The position numbers and the translations under genes are program-made. From an uncultured Aminicenantes bacterium (lineage in GTDB: Bacteria; Acidobacteriota; Aminicenantia; UBA2199), in NCBI GenBank assembly GCA_965195285.1, contig CBDAFS010000030.1:1-64000 (forward strand): a DNA stretch of 64,000 nucleotides, in the 5' to 3' direction. Within the stretch, counting starts at the first letter, position 1. The number at the start of each line of letters is the position of its first letter. Below are positions 10,939 to 21,709 of this stretch, piece after piece. The notes under the pieces are model-generated. The model did not search any database. It was not told where the DNA came from and saw nothing but the letters and a program-made list of their open reading frames with translations.

Positions 10939-11936
10939 TGATTATGCAGATGGAAAATTTTATATAATTTGTTGAACATTCTGAATACCACAGGTTTAAT
11001 AACGAACTCAATGGTTTTTATCAACTCTCGAGAAAACCCCAATTTGAATTTTGCAATATTTGGCAACCTTTTTGGTTCGACAATGCATAAATCATAATAA
11101 CAACACTCATTGTTTTTGGCCCACCTGATCGTTTCCCATTGGAGCAATTCTCCCTGCCCGAGATTGGGCACTTCTCCTTTACTGGCTCCCTGCCAGTAGT
11201 GCATCACATTTCGATTCCCAATTAAAACTAACCCGGCAATTGCCTGACCAGATTTTTCTGCTATGAAAATCGCTGCTTTCTTTTTTTTAAAATATAGATC
11301 AAATATTCTAAAATAATAATCTTTAGGCATACTTTTGAAACCAATACGTTGATGAGTATCGACCATTAACTTATAATAAATGTCAAAACCTTCAGGGCCA
11401 AATATTTTTATTTTTAATCCTGACTTCAAGGCTTTTCGAATCATATTTCTTCTTTTTGAGTGGATCACATCATTCCATATTGTTTGTTCTCGAAGAGAAA
11501 GATCAATAACAGCTGTTTGGCGGGGTATTGAATGATAATTGCTTATATTTTTATAATCATCTCCATGAATCTGTATATTGGAACAATAGGTTAAAGATTC
11601 ATTGGGTGATAACTTCATGTTCTTTATTAGTTCTTTTATATTTGTACGATTTTTGTTAAATACCCATCCTCCATAGGGAACCTCAAATGAAGTTGGATTT
11701 GAATAAGAAAATTTTAAAAATCCTCTTTTTAATGTGTGAACTGGACAAATCCCTATCATTTCACCATAACTATCATAAGCCAACAGATAATTGAACTGGC
11801 TCCCTGAAAACTCTGATACAATTTTGTTGAAGTCAGGTTCGTGAAAAACCAGACCGCAGTTTTTTTCAATAAACTCATTGATCGACTTTTGTTTTTCTTC
11901 TGTTAGATCGCTAATGGTTGTTCTTACAATTTTCAT
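10935..11936 (-). CDS. FemAB/FemX-like GNAT (acyl/aminoacyl transferase)
   Basis: IDLS..IW..IHSKRRNMIRKA, YWQGAS, LQWETIRWA, FKLGF. Confidence 0.8.
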   Translation of the reverse strand: MKIVRTTISDLTEEKQKSINEFIEKNCGLVFHEPDFNKIVSEFSGSQFNYLLAYDSYGEMIGICPVHTLKRGFLKFSYSNPTSFEVPYGGWVFNKNRTNIKELIKNMKLSPNESLTYCSNIQIHGDDYKNISNYHSIPRQTAVIDLSLREQTIWNDVIHSKRRNMIRKALKSGLKIKIFGPEGFDIYYKLMVDTHQRIGFKSMPKDYYFRIFDLYFKKKKAAIFIAEKSGQAIAGLVLIGNRNVMHYWQGASKGEVPNLGQGELLQWETIRWAKNNECCYYDLCIVEPKRLPNIAKFKLGFSRELIKTIEFVIKPVVFRMFNKLYKIFHLHNH

Positions 11937-12865
11937 TAAAAAAAATGCTTAATTGAAAGCTTTTTATTTTTGAAACCCCACATGACCCCGGAAAAAAGTC
12001 CAGCCCAAATATAAAGTGCTTTTTTGAGATTAAAGTATTTTAAGACATTTTTTACTGATGCTTTTAAAACATTTTTTTTAAAATGGTTCCAAAAATATCT
12101 CTTAAAAAACTGGGGCGATTTATGTTTTAAAATAACCAGCATTGGATTCCGTATATTATAAAATATGATTTGAGGAGATTCCTTTCCAATGGTCATACTG
12201 TCTTTGTGCCATATTTTGGCATGAGGTGTATACATAATTCGATATTCCGCTTTTTTGGCCCGGGCCTGCCAGTCAAAATCCTCCCCCTGAAGAAAAAAGG
12301 TGGTATCATATCCCCCGGTTTTTTCATATAATTCTTTTCTCACCAATATAAAAATATCATCACAAAATATCCGTTCCTCTATTTGATCATATTGCCCAAC
12401 ATCCTTTTCTTTATGTCCAATATGACCCCCGTTCCATCGGATCGGATCCTCACTTTTCCCAACTGTTTGTAAAATTTCCGGATTGTCAAAATAATAAACT
12501 TTTCCTGAAACAAAACCATTTTTGCTACCAGTTTCGGCAACTTTTACCAACTCAGAAATCACATGCTTATCAACCTTTACATCATTATTGGTGATCAATA
12601 CATAATCAGCATTCTTCTCCTCAAAGGCATATTTTAACCCAAAATTAAATCCACCGGAGTAACCCTGATTTTTTTCCAATCGAATGACTTTAGCATCTGG
12701 AAAATTCTTATCCACATAATCTTTTGTGCCATCACCGGAGCCATTATCAATAACCACCACATCAAAATCGGGATAATCATTTTCAAGATAAGAAGATATT
12801 GAATCATCCAGTAAGTGTTTCCCGTTATAGCTTAATATCAGAACAATAACTTTAGGATTTCTCAT
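11936..12865 (-). CDS. Glycosyltransferase family 2
   Basis: ILSYN, IDNGSGDG, N.GYSGG.N.G, NND, GEDFDW. Confidence 0.9.
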   Translation of the reverse strand: MRNPKVIVLILSYNGKHLLDDSISSYLENDYPDFDVVVIDNGSGDGTKDYVDKNFPDAKVIRLEKNQGYSGGFNFGLKYAFEEKNADYVLITNNDVKVDKHVISELVKVAETGSKNGFVSGKVYYFDNPEILQTVGKSEDPIRWNGGHIGHKEKDVGQYDQIEERIFCDDIFILVRKELYEKTGGYDTTFFLQGEDFDWQARAKKAEYRIMYTPHAKIWHKDSMTIGKESPQIIFYNIRNPMLVILKHKSPQFFKRYFWNHFKKNVLKASVKNVLKYFNLKKALYIWAGLFSGVMWGFKNKKLSIKHFF

Positions 12866-12873
12866 ATTTACAT

Positions 12874-14013
12874 TTATATTTCCTTATCAAATTTTTGCAA
12901 AGCAAATAATACATAATCAACTTCTTCATCAGTCAAGCCTACATGTAATGGTAAGGTTACAAAAGTTTCCCATATGTGTTCAGCCACTTTACAATCAGAC
13001 TTATATTTAGAAAAAAACGGGTGCAAAGTCAACGGCATATAATGAACTCCGGTCGCAATTCCCTTGGATTTCAGAAAAATAATTAAATCATCCCTGTTTT
13101 GAATTCTGACACCAAAAAACCAGTAATTGTTTTTTAATGGATTATAAGGCATCAAGGATCTTATATACTTTAAACCTTTTATTCCATCCAAATATCTGGA
13201 CACACATTCTGATCTTCGTTTATTAAATAGTGGTAATTTTTTTAGCTGAGCCAGTCCTATAGCCGCCGATAGATCATTCATGTTATATTTATAACCTAAC
13301 ATGGCTATTTCATAGTACCAGTGTTTTGTATCCATATCACTGGAATCTGTATACCCAGACGCTCTTCTCCAGGTATCTTTATCAATTCCCACCCAGCGTG
13401 CCGGTTGAATATTTTTTATCAGATCAACATCATCCGAACACATCATTCCACCATCACCGGTGGTCAAGGCTTTTTTCTCTTCAAAACTGAAACAACCGAT
13501 ATCACCCCAGGTTCCCAATGTTTTACTTTTGTAATCAGATCCTGCCACATGAGCACAATCTTCAATCACTTTAAGATTTTTTAATCTGGCAAAATCCATT
13601 ATTTGATCAATTTTTGCCGGATGCCCCCCCAAATGAACCGGGATTATGGCCACGCAATCAGAAGTATATTTTCTTTCCAGATCTTCCAGAGACATTGAAA
13701 TCGTATCCTCATCCACATCTACAAAAACCGGTTCAAGCTGGTTGTAAATGGGAGCAAAAGCAGTGGAAGCAAAGGTAATGACAGGTACCAATACCTTTTT
13801 GCCGGGGGGGAACCGAAAAGCCATTAATGCTAGATGAAGGGCAGCAGTAGCTGAATTCACGGCCAATGAAGCTCCACACCCAATAAATTTTGACCATTCC
13901 TGTTCAAATTCAGCAACCTTGGGCCCCAGACCGATCCAGGAACGTTCAAAGGCATCTTTTATATTATCCAATTCCTCTTTTCCCAAAGACGGCTTGAATA
14001 ATCTAATTTTCAT
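12874..14013 (-). CDS. DegT/DnrJ/EryC1/StrS sugar aminotransferase
   Basis: NSATAALH, IEDCAH, SFEEKKALTTGDGG (PLP lysine), GYKYNMNDL. Confidence 0.92.
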   Translation of the reverse strand: MKIRLFKPSLGKEELDNIKDAFERSWIGLGPKVAEFEQEWSKFIGCGASLAVNSATAALHLALMAFRFPPGKKVLVPVITFASTAFAPIYNQLEPVFVDVDEDTISMSLEDLERKYTSDCVAIIPVHLGGHPAKIDQIMDFARLKNLKVIEDCAHVAGSDYKSKTLGTWGDIGCFSFEEKKALTTGDGGMMCSDDVDLIKNIQPARWVGIDKDTWRRASGYTDSSDMDTKHWYYEIAMLGYKYNMNDLSAAIGLAQLKKLPLFNKRRSECVSRYLDGIKGLKYIRSLMPYNPLKNNYWFFGVRIQNRDDLIIFLKSKGIATGVHYMPLTLHPFFSKYKSDCKVAEHIWETFVTLPLHVGLTDEEVDYVLFALQKFDKEI

Positions 14014-14075
14014 AAAAACTCCTTACTGAGAATAAGCGTAAATGTAAAAATAGGAAAAACATTCATATAGAAAAA

Positions 14076-14636
14076 TCAAATATCTAACCACTTATATTTC
14101 TCTTTGAACTCACTTAACGTCATGTTTTTCTTATCTTTTTCTGATAAAATCGGGTTGGAAATGAGCCATTTTATATTCAGGTCTGGATCATTCCATAAAA
14201 TTCCACCCTCTGCTTTAGGATTATAATAAGCATCCACTTTATACAACACATCACTCTCTTCGCTCAGAGTACAATACCCATGGGCAAAACCCTTTGGAAC
14301 CAGAATTATTTTTTTATTATCCTCTGAAAGTTCAATCGAATCCCCCCTGCCAAATGTGGCTGAATCCCTTCTTAAATCTACAAAAACATCATAAATAGCC
14401 CCTCTCACACAACGAACAAGCTTGGTTTCAGAATATGGAGGGAACTGAAAATGAAGCCCGCGGATGATTCCCTTTTTGGTTGACCTAGAGTGATTTTCCT
14501 GTACCCATTTATGGTTAATTCCTGATTTAATAAAAATTTTTTCATCATATATACGCAAGAAAAAACCGCGGTTATCCAGATGGGAATCCGGGTTGATTTC
14601 AAATACACCTTTCAGCCTCTTTTCAATTATTTTCAT
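14076..14636 (-). CDS. rfbC: NDP-4-keto-6-deoxyhexose 3,5-epimerase
   Basis: DNRGFF, QENHS, RGLHFQ, VPKGFAHG, LSEKD. Confidence 0.93.
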   Translation of the reverse strand: MKIIEKRLKGVFEINPDSHLDNRGFFLRIYDEKIFIKSGINHKWVQENHSRSTKKGIIRGLHFQFPPYSETKLVRCVRGAIYDVFVDLRRDSATFGRGDSIELSEDNKKIILVPKGFAHGYCTLSEESDVLYKVDAYYNPKAEGGILWNDPDLNIKWLISNPILSEKDKKNMTLSEFKEKYKWLDI

Positions 14637-15723
14637 AGAACCTATCCATTCTATTCATATAATCAGTAATTTGACTTTTACAAAAATCATATAGATTTTC
14701 ATGCTGTTTATAAAAGCGATACCACTGAATGGTGAGCCTAACAGCCTCATCAACGGATAATAATGGAAACCAGCCCAATTCATTTTTCACTTTTTCTATA
14801 TTAAGCGATAATTTGTGAGTTTCATGCATCAGGGTTCTCTCCTCGGCTGACTTCCAGGACCCTTTTCCCCATGATTTAATGACCAGGTCGACCAGTTTTT
14901 TTACCGGGATAATCGAGGATTTTTCAGGACCGAAATTCCAGGCACCGGAATATTTCTTTTGATTTTCAGCCATTTTTGCTGCCAGCAATAAATATCCTCC
15001 CAGCGGTTCCAGGACAAACTGCCAAGGACGGACAGCATCGGGATTCCGAATCAGAATTTCTTTCCCATTTTCAAGATCTCTGATACAATCCGGAATAATT
15101 CGATCTGTCCTCCAATCACCGCCACCGATCACATTACCGGCCCTGACCGATGAAAGAGCTTTTCCATGGTCAGCAAAATTTTCAGGGTTAAAAAAAGAGC
15201 GACTGTAAGCAGTGGTAATCAGTTCTGAACACCCCTTGCTGGAGCTATAGGGATCATAGCCTCCCAAAGAATCATCCTCTCGGTATCCCCTTTGTAACTC
15301 TTTGTTTTCATAACACTTGTCACTGGTTACATTAATGATCACTTTGACCGATGTGAAAAGACGGCAATTTTCGAGAACATTGACGGTACCCCCGACATTT
15401 ATATCATAGGTCTCTTTTGGGCTCCGGTAACTTTCTCTGACCAGGGGCTGGGCAGCCAGATGAAAAACAAATTCGGGAGTATATTGGTCAAATATTTGCC
15501 TTAGATGTTCAAAATCTCTGATATCACCTCTAATATCAGTCACCTTATCTGCCAATCTACATTCTACAAAGTTATCCTTTTCAGTATATGGGTCCAGCGA
15601 ATATCCCACAACTTTTGCTCCCAATTGTTTTAACCAAATAGAGAGCCAGGAACCCTTAAAACCGGTATGACCAGTCACGAGAACCGTTTCGTCTTTGAAA
15701 GTTTCAAATAAGAATTCTTTCAT
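14623..15723 (-). CDS. rfbG: CDP-glucose 4,6-dehydratase
   Basis: VTGHTGFKGSWL, HLAAQPLVR, TSDKCYEN, DPYSSSK, RAGNVIGGGDW. Confidence 0.95.
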   Translation of the reverse strand: MKEFLFETFKDETVLVTGHTGFKGSWLSIWLKQLGAKVVGYSLDPYTEKDNFVECRLADKVTDIRGDIRDFEHLRQIFDQYTPEFVFHLAAQPLVRESYRSPKETYDINVGGTVNVLENCRLFTSVKVIINVTSDKCYENKELQRGYREDDSLGGYDPYSSSKGCSELITTAYSRSFFNPENFADHGKALSSVRAGNVIGGGDWRTDRIIPDCIRDLENGKEILIRNPDAVRPWQFVLEPLGGYLLLAAKMAENQKKYSGAWNFGPEKSSIIPVKKLVDLVIKSWGKGSWKSAEERTLMHETHKLSLNIEKVKNELGWFPLLSVDEAVRLTIQWYRFYKQHENLYDFCKSQITDYMNRMDRFYENN

Positions 15724-15735
15724 TTTAAACTTTTT

Positions 15736-16512
15736 TTACTTCTCCCAGACTTTCCAGAAGGCTTTTCCCTCATTCCACAGTTTGTTTAAATGATCAATAT
15801 CCCTGACCGTATCGGTACATTCCCAGAAACCCTCATGTTTGTAGGTCATGACCTGACCTTCCCGGGCCAATTTTTCTAATGGACCAAATTCAAAATCACA
15901 ATCTTTATCCGTTGAAAGATAATCCATCATTCCTCCGTCAAACACCATGAATCCTCCACTGATCAATCCCTGGCTGGTCTGGGGTTTTTCTTCAAAAGAT
16001 ATGACTTTCCCCTTTTCTTCGATTATTTCTCCGAATAAAGATGGGGGCTTAACTCCTGAAACCGTGACCATTTTTTCATGGGATTTGTGAAATTCCACCA
16101 GCTTATTGATATCAATATCAGCCACACCGTCACCATAAGTGAGCATATTAATATCATCATCTAGGTATTTCTCAACTCGTTTTATACGTCCTCCTTTTAA
16201 TGTTTCAAGTCCGGTATCAACCAAAGTTACTTTCCAATCTTCACCAGAAGAATTATGATAACTAATATCTTTTTTCATTAAATCAACAGTGAAATCACTG
16301 GCATAGTTGTTATAATGGTAAAAATAATCTTTGATTATATTTCCCTTATAGCCCAAACAAATAATAAATTCATTGAATCCATAGTGGCTGTAAATCTTCA
16401 TGATATGCCAGAGTATAGGTTTCCCACCGATTTCAATCATGGGTTTGGGAATTAATTCTGAAAGGGAACCCAATCTGGTCCCGAGACCCCCAGCTAAAAT
16501 TAGAACTTTCAT
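15736..16512 (-). CDS. rfbF: Glucose-1-phosphate cytidylyltransferase
   Basis: LAGGLGTRL, PKPMIEIGGKPILWHIMK, TYGDGVAD, HEGFW; adjacent to rfbG. Confidence 0.95.
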   Translation of the reverse strand: MKVLILAGGLGTRLGSLSELIPKPMIEIGGKPILWHIMKIYSHYGFNEFIICLGYKGNIIKDYFYHYNNYASDFTVDLMKKDISYHNSSGEDWKVTLVDTGLETLKGGRIKRVEKYLDDDINMLTYGDGVADIDINKLVEFHKSHEKMVTVSGVKPPSLFGEIIEEKGKVISFEEKPQTSQGLISGGFMVFDGGMMDYLSTDKDCDFEFGPLEKLAREGQVMTYKHEGFWECTDTVRDIDHLNKLWNEGKAFWKVWEK

Positions 16513-16522
16513 TTAGTCCTCT

Positions 16523-18280
16523 TTAATTTTTATTAATTTTGTATATTTCATAATAATTTTTCTTATACACTAATTCCGCATTATTGTTTAAATACCTCAT
16601 TAAATCATCACCAACATGGTCATTTTTATAAGCAATATAGGTGATAATCACATAAGAACCTTTTGGTAATAATATTTTTCTTTTTTGATTGACTGTCAGA
16701 AATTTTTTATCTGTAAAAACAGATTCATAATAACCGGTTGATATACTAAATATTTTTTCATTTTGAGGGATATTCTTATTGATGAATCTAAAGAAATCTT
16801 CTTGCTCACTTTTTAAGTCTTTTTTCGAGAACGTTTCATACCCATTAATAGAAAAAATAAATTCATCACTAATTCCTTTTATAGTAAGTCTATAAATAAA
16901 AACAGTAGTATTTAAAAAATTTATAATTAAAAAAAATACTACAAATCCTGAAAAATACATTTTCTTATTTATTCTCTTCTCTTTTTTGATAATATTCGTA
17001 ATAATAATTGATAATAAAATATAATTTATAATAATTGAATAAGTCAAATTTCTTGTACTTATAGCAAAATAAGAAAATATCCACCATGAAGTAACAATAC
17101 AAGAAAAAATAAATATTGTTTTTTCAAATAAAGTAACCTTTTTATAATTTATCAAGTAATAAAAAATTATTATTGAGAAAATTACTAAGTTGAAAGTAGA
17201 AAAAAAACTATTTATATGAGCTAATCTATTTGACAATGGTATATTATGCAGCATTTGACTTGATGAACTACTTAATCTCCAGAAAGTTCTCCCAATATCA
17301 TCTATTTGGTATCCTTGGATAATCCCCCAGAAAAACACAACAAAAAACCATAAAAGAATTGTATAAAAAAGTAGGTTAACATTTCTTTTAATATCTTTAT
17401 TTCTGAAAAGAATACTTCCAATAATAAGAATAAGAATAAAAAACAATAGTTGCAGTTTTGTGCTTGCTGCTAATGCAAATAATAATGCAATAAAAAAAGT
17501 ATATTTTTTTTCTTGCTTTTTAGTCCACAAAAATATCGCAATTACAAAAGGCAAAAAAGCCGGAATTTCACCAAAACCACTGGATGCAACAAAAATAATT
17601 GATCGATCTGATATAAATAGAATTAAAAATATCAGAAAGCATTCTAAAGAATATTTATTATTGATTAAATACATTAAAAACAATAGTAATATCAAAGAAT
17701 AAATAAGGACAACAATTCTTAATGAATATATTGAGAAACTTGTAAATGGTTTGATTAATAAAAAAGGATAATAAATCAGTTGTAAGAATAATGAAGGACT
17801 TTCACGAGATGGAAAACTAAACTTACCTTCTGTATAAAAACTTTTTACTGAAGATATATAATATCCTTCATCGGCTCCCACATCATTGTTAAATGTAAGA
17901 AAAAGGCACGTTCCAATAAAAATAATTAAACATAACCCAATTAGAAATATTATAAATTTTTTCTTTTTTAATAAATTATAAATCCTTTCCCAATTTAGTA
18001 ATTGTAATTGCGCATAAAACTTGGAAACAATTAATTCAATACTTCTTTTAAATTTTAATATTAAAATTAAGCTTATATTTACAAAAAATAATAAAATTAA
18101 AATTTTTTTAATTTTAGATCTAACAAAGTCAATAGTAGTTGGCTTTATCACCTTATCTTTTGAAAAATATAATGCACTCTCAAGAATAAAATCTTTTTCT
18201 ATTGAAATCGATAATATTAATAAAATAATAATCAGAATAAAAAAGCAAAAAAGAATTTTAATAATATTATTTTTTTTCAT
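16523..18280 (-). CDS. Polytopic membrane protein, probable GT-C glycosyltransferase
   Basis: DE motif in first loop (GADEGYY), GE..A, ASTK, soluble C-terminal tail; very AT-rich. Confidence 0.6.
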   Translation of the reverse strand: MKKNNIIKILFCFFILIIILLILSISIEKDFILESALYFSKDKVIKPTTIDFVRSKIKKILILLFFVNISLILILKFKRSIELIVSKFYAQLQLLNWERIYNLLKKKKFIIFLIGLCLIIFIGTCLFLTFNNDVGADEGYYISSVKSFYTEGKFSFPSRESPSLFLQLIYYPFLLIKPFTSFSIYSLRIVVLIYSLILLLFLMYLINNKYSLECFLIFLILFISDRSIIFVASSGFGEIPAFLPFVIAIFLWTKKQEKKYTFFIALLFALAASTKLQLLFFILILIIGSILFRNKDIKRNVNLLFYTILLWFFVVFFWGIIQGYQIDDIGRTFWRLSSSSSQMLHNIPLSNRLAHINSFFSTFNLVIFSIIIFYYLINYKKVTLFEKTIFIFSCIVTSWWIFSYFAISTRNLTYSIIINYILLSIIITNIIKKEKRINKKMYFSGFVVFFLIINFLNTTVFIYRLTIKGISDEFIFSINGYETFSKKDLKSEQEDFFRFINKNIPQNEKIFSISTGYYESVFTDKKFLTVNQKRKILLPKGSYVIITYIAYKNDHVGDDLMRYLNNNAELVYKKNYYEIYKINKN

Positions 18281-18328
18281 AATATAATTTTGTTGATTTT
18301 AACAGAATATTTAAAAAGAAAAATTATT

Positions 18329-19792
18329 TTACCTATAATTTAAATTATTCTGACTATTTACTTCAAAGTTTATTGCCTCTTTTACCATAGCTTCAGATAT
18401 AAAAATAAAAATAATAATAAAATAAATGTTAGAAGCTACTCCACCATATGAAAAAAATTGATAGCTTGTAAAATGTAGTAAAAGCATTCCTCCAAAAGCA
18501 AAAGAAAGAACCAGAAGCGGCTTTTTAAAATGATTGTTATTGGATAGTCTTCTTTTTGTTGATAAAATCATTCTTAAATAGCTTATCCAAAAAAACAAAA
18601 ATATTATAAAACCAACTATCCCGCCTTGTAATAATAAGTTAAAATTCCCAACATGACCATCGGCATACTTTCGATAAGTATCAGAAAAACCCCATCCGAA
18701 AATTGGATTTTTAGTAAAACCCTCGAGTACCTTTGGCAGACGGACATCAATTCTGCGTAGTGTACCTCCTGCGGTAACATCCCCTTCAAGAAGCATTTCA
18801 ACGGTAGCCAAACGTTTTGTTGAATACTCTATTCTATAATCCAAACGTGGGACAAATTTATACAGTAGGATTGCGATAAAAAACATCAATCCTATCAGAG
18901 TTATCACATGCCGAATATCTTTCCTAAAAAAGATCAGATAGAATACAAAAATTGAAAGAAACATAATAATCCAAGATCTTGTTGCAGAAAGGTAGGCCAA
19001 TAATAAGCAGATCGTTATTATCAAATAAAGATATATCTTACTGCCTTTATAATCTTTTTTTATACTAAAAAATAGTGAAAATATATAACAGAAAAAAACC
19101 AACATTGGAGCAACTGTTAGTCTAATGAAATCATAATATCCTTCTGAAGCTGATAATTCTGCTAACGAGAATTCACTTACACCTGATAACCAGTTCCCAA
19201 ATTTACTCCCTGTAAAAAGTTGGAACATCTGACTGAAGAAAAGAAAGAAAATGATCGGGAGAATTAAATGAATAAATGTATATATTTCTTCCTTACGATA
19301 CACTAGTAAAGGAAATGATATGAAAATTAGAAAAACAAAAAATATTTTTACATAATAATTTAAATTTTTATAATCGATTCCAAAGCTGAAGGTCAACAAC
19401 CATAAAAATAAAAAATAAAATAAAATAAATAATAAGGGATTTCTAAGTAATACTCTTGTACGCCTTCCCTTAATTAAAGATTTAAAGAACGAAAATATGA
19501 AGAAAAAATGAAAAAAAGTAAAAGTTAATCCTGGTACTATAGTATAATTAGGTATACCTTTAATTCCTCTTGAATATTCGCCATGAAAAAGAGCTCCGGG
19601 TTCATTTATTATTAGAAATACCAATGCAAACCAGAAATAATCTTTCTTGGATTTCCAAAACAAAAACAACAATACTAAAAAATATAAACGTGAGATCGTA
19701 ACAGGTACAAAGTAAACAAAAAGAACCGAAGCAAAAAATATAAAATAAAATTCTAATAATTCATTTTTAAAATGTCTATTTTCTAATTTCAT
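18329..19792 (-). CDS. O-antigen ligase/polymerase family (Wzy_C) protein
   Basis: SATRSW, R....F.KNPIFGWG, GHVGNFNLLLQGGIVG. Confidence 0.78.
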   Translation of the reverse strand: MKLENRHFKNELLEFYFIFFASVLFVYFVPVTISRLYFLVLLFLFWKSKKDYFWFALVFLIINEPGALFHGEYSRGIKGIPNYTIVPGLTFTFFHFFFIFSFFKSLIKGRRTRVLLRNPLLFILFYFLFLWLLTFSFGIDYKNLNYYVKIFFVFLIFISFPLLVYRKEEIYTFIHLILPIIFFLFFSQMFQLFTGSKFGNWLSGVSEFSLAELSASEGYYDFIRLTVAPMLVFFCYIFSLFFSIKKDYKGSKIYLYLIITICLLLAYLSATRSWIIMFLSIFVFYLIFFRKDIRHVITLIGLMFFIAILLYKFVPRLDYRIEYSTKRLATVEMLLEGDVTAGGTLRRIDVRLPKVLEGFTKNPIFGWGFSDTYRKYADGHVGNFNLLLQGGIVGFIIFLFFWISYLRMILSTKRRLSNNNHFKKPLLVLSFAFGGMLLLHFTSYQFFSYGGVASNIYFIIIFIFISEAMVKEAINFEVNSQNNLNYR

Positions 19793-19910
19793 TTAATAGT
19801 ATGACTAAATTTACTAAAAAAAGTGAATTATTTGATTTCCTATATGCTTATAATAGTCTAGCTTATAAAGACCAAAAAAACTACTGTTTATTCATCTAAA
19901 TTTGAAATCT

Positions 19911-21050
19911 TTAACATCCATAAAATTCTTTTATTTTATTGCAGATATAAACTACCTCATCCGGGGAGAGATCATAATAGAAAGGCAATCTGATCAGATG
20001 GGAACTGTAAAATTCACTCATGGGCAGATCCCGTTTATCATGTTTATTCTTAAAATAGGATGCTTTATGTAAGGGAAGATAATGAAAAATGGCCCAAACT
20101 CCATTATCTTTTAAATAGGTTAATAAGTCACTCCATTCATTTTCATTTTTACAAAGAATGTAAAATAAATGGGCATTATTGGTGGCGTAAGCATGGATAT
20201 GAGGAAGTTTTATTGTTTTTTTATCCTCAAGAGCTTTCAGTTCTTCGTAATATTGTTTCCATATTTTTTTTCTTTTGGCCTGGATATCTTCGATATTTTC
20301 CAGCTGGGCATAGAGAAAAGCCGCTAAAATATCTGAGGGAAGATAGGAAGAACCGATATCCATCCAGCCGTATTTATCCACTTCGCCCCTGACAAAAGCG
20401 GCCCGGTTGGTCCCTTTTTCCCATAATATTTCGGCACGCTTTATGAATTTATCTTCATTAATGGCTAACATACCGCCTTCACCGGACATGATATTTTTGG
20501 TTTCGTGAAATGAAAAAGCACCCAGATGACCGATCGAACCCAGAGGTTTGCCTTTATGATAAGAATCAATGGCTTGTGCAGCATCTTCAACCACGAAAAT
20601 GTCATATTCATCGGCAATCTTCATGATTTTGTCCATGTCGCAGGCCACACCGGCATAATGGACCGGAACAATGGCCCTGGTTTTGGATGTTATGAGCGAT
20701 TCTATTTTGTCTGCATCAATGTTGGGAGTGAGTCTTTCACTATCGGCAAATACAATTTTAGCACCTCTCAATATGAAGGCATTGGCAGTGGATGTAAACG
20801 TATATGAGGGAACAATCACTTCATCACCTGGTTGAATATCAATCAGAATGGCAGCCATTTCCAGGGCATCGGTACAGGAAGTGGTCAATAAAACTTTTTT
20901 AAAGCCATAGCGTTTTTCAAAGAACTCATGGCATTTCCTGGTAAACATCCCATTGCCGGAAATTTTGCCCGATTTTACCGCCTGTTTAATGTATTGGGTT
21001 TCCTTTCCTGTAAAATATGGTTTATTAAAAGGAATTTTTTCTATATGCAT
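19911..21050 (-). CDS. wecE: dTDP-4-amino-4,6-dideoxygalactose transaminase
   Basis: IPFNKP, SCTDALEMAA, SFHETKN..GEGG, EKGTNR, GSSYLPS. Confidence 0.93.
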   Translation of the reverse strand: MHIEKIPFNKPYFTGKETQYIKQAVKSGKISGNGMFTRKCHEFFEKRYGFKKVLLTTSCTDALEMAAILIDIQPGDEVIVPSYTFTSTANAFILRGAKIVFADSERLTPNIDADKIESLITSKTRAIVPVHYAGVACDMDKIMKIADEYDIFVVEDAAQAIDSYHKGKPLGSIGHLGAFSFHETKNIMSGEGGMLAINEDKFIKRAEILWEKGTNRAAFVRGEVDKYGWMDIGSSYLPSDILAAFLYAQLENIEDIQAKRKKIWKQYYEELKALEDKKTIKLPHIHAYATNNAHLFYILCKNENEWSDLLTYLKDNGVWAIFHYLPLHKASYFKNKHDKRDLPMSEFYSSHLIRLPFYYDLSPDEVVYICNKIKEFYGC

Positions 21051-21709
21051 TAAATTACTTTTTTAAGAAGTTGAGCTGGATTACCAATATAAATAGAGTA
21101 GTCTTCCACATTTTTTGTCACTACTGATCCTATGCCAACAATTGAATATTTTCCAATTCTTAAATCTTCACGGATTGTGGAATTCAACCCGACATGAGCA
21201 CCCTCATCAATTGTAACTCTGCCTCCGATTACTGAATGAGCAGTAATAGTTGAAAAATCCTTTATAATTGAGTCATGACCAATGAAGCCATTGGTATAAA
21301 TATGAACAAAATTGCCGATAACTGAGCCGAAAGAGGTACATGCATGGGCACAAATTAAAGTTCCATATCCGATTTTTGTTGAAGGATCCAAGTAGGCACT
21401 AGGATGAATAGCAGATGCATTCGCTTCCATTGGAATCTCAATTTCATTGAATTTTTTTACTCTATGTTCCTTATCCTTTGCATTAAAGTGCAAAGCATAA
21501 TGAATAAAATATCCTCTACAAACATAATCTTTTACTGCCTCACTTGGTCCGAGCACTTTAAATTTACCTAAATCACCTCCAGGTTCAATAATGTCATTTA
21601 AAAAGCCTTCAATATCCCATTCGTTTGTAACCTTATTGGCTTCTTGAAATACTGACATGGCAATTTCACCGCTGCCATGCCCTCCAACAATTAACAAGCG
21701 CTTTTTCAT
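21050..21709 (-). CDS. Sugar N/O-acyltransferase, NeuD/PglD family
   Basis: N-terminal LLIVGGHG domain, IHPSA, IGHD, hexapeptide repeats, GNPA. Confidence 0.82.
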   Translation of the reverse strand: MKKRLLIVGGHGSGEIAMSVFQEANKVTNEWDIEGFLNDIIEPGGDLGKFKVLGPSEAVKDYVCRGYFIHYALHFNAKDKEHRVKKFNEIEIPMEANASAIHPSAYLDPSTKIGYGTLICAHACTSFGSVIGNFVHIYTNGFIGHDSIIKDFSTITAHSVIGGRVTIDEGAHVGLNSTIREDLRIGKYSIVGIGSVVTKNVEDYSIYIGNPAQLLKKVI

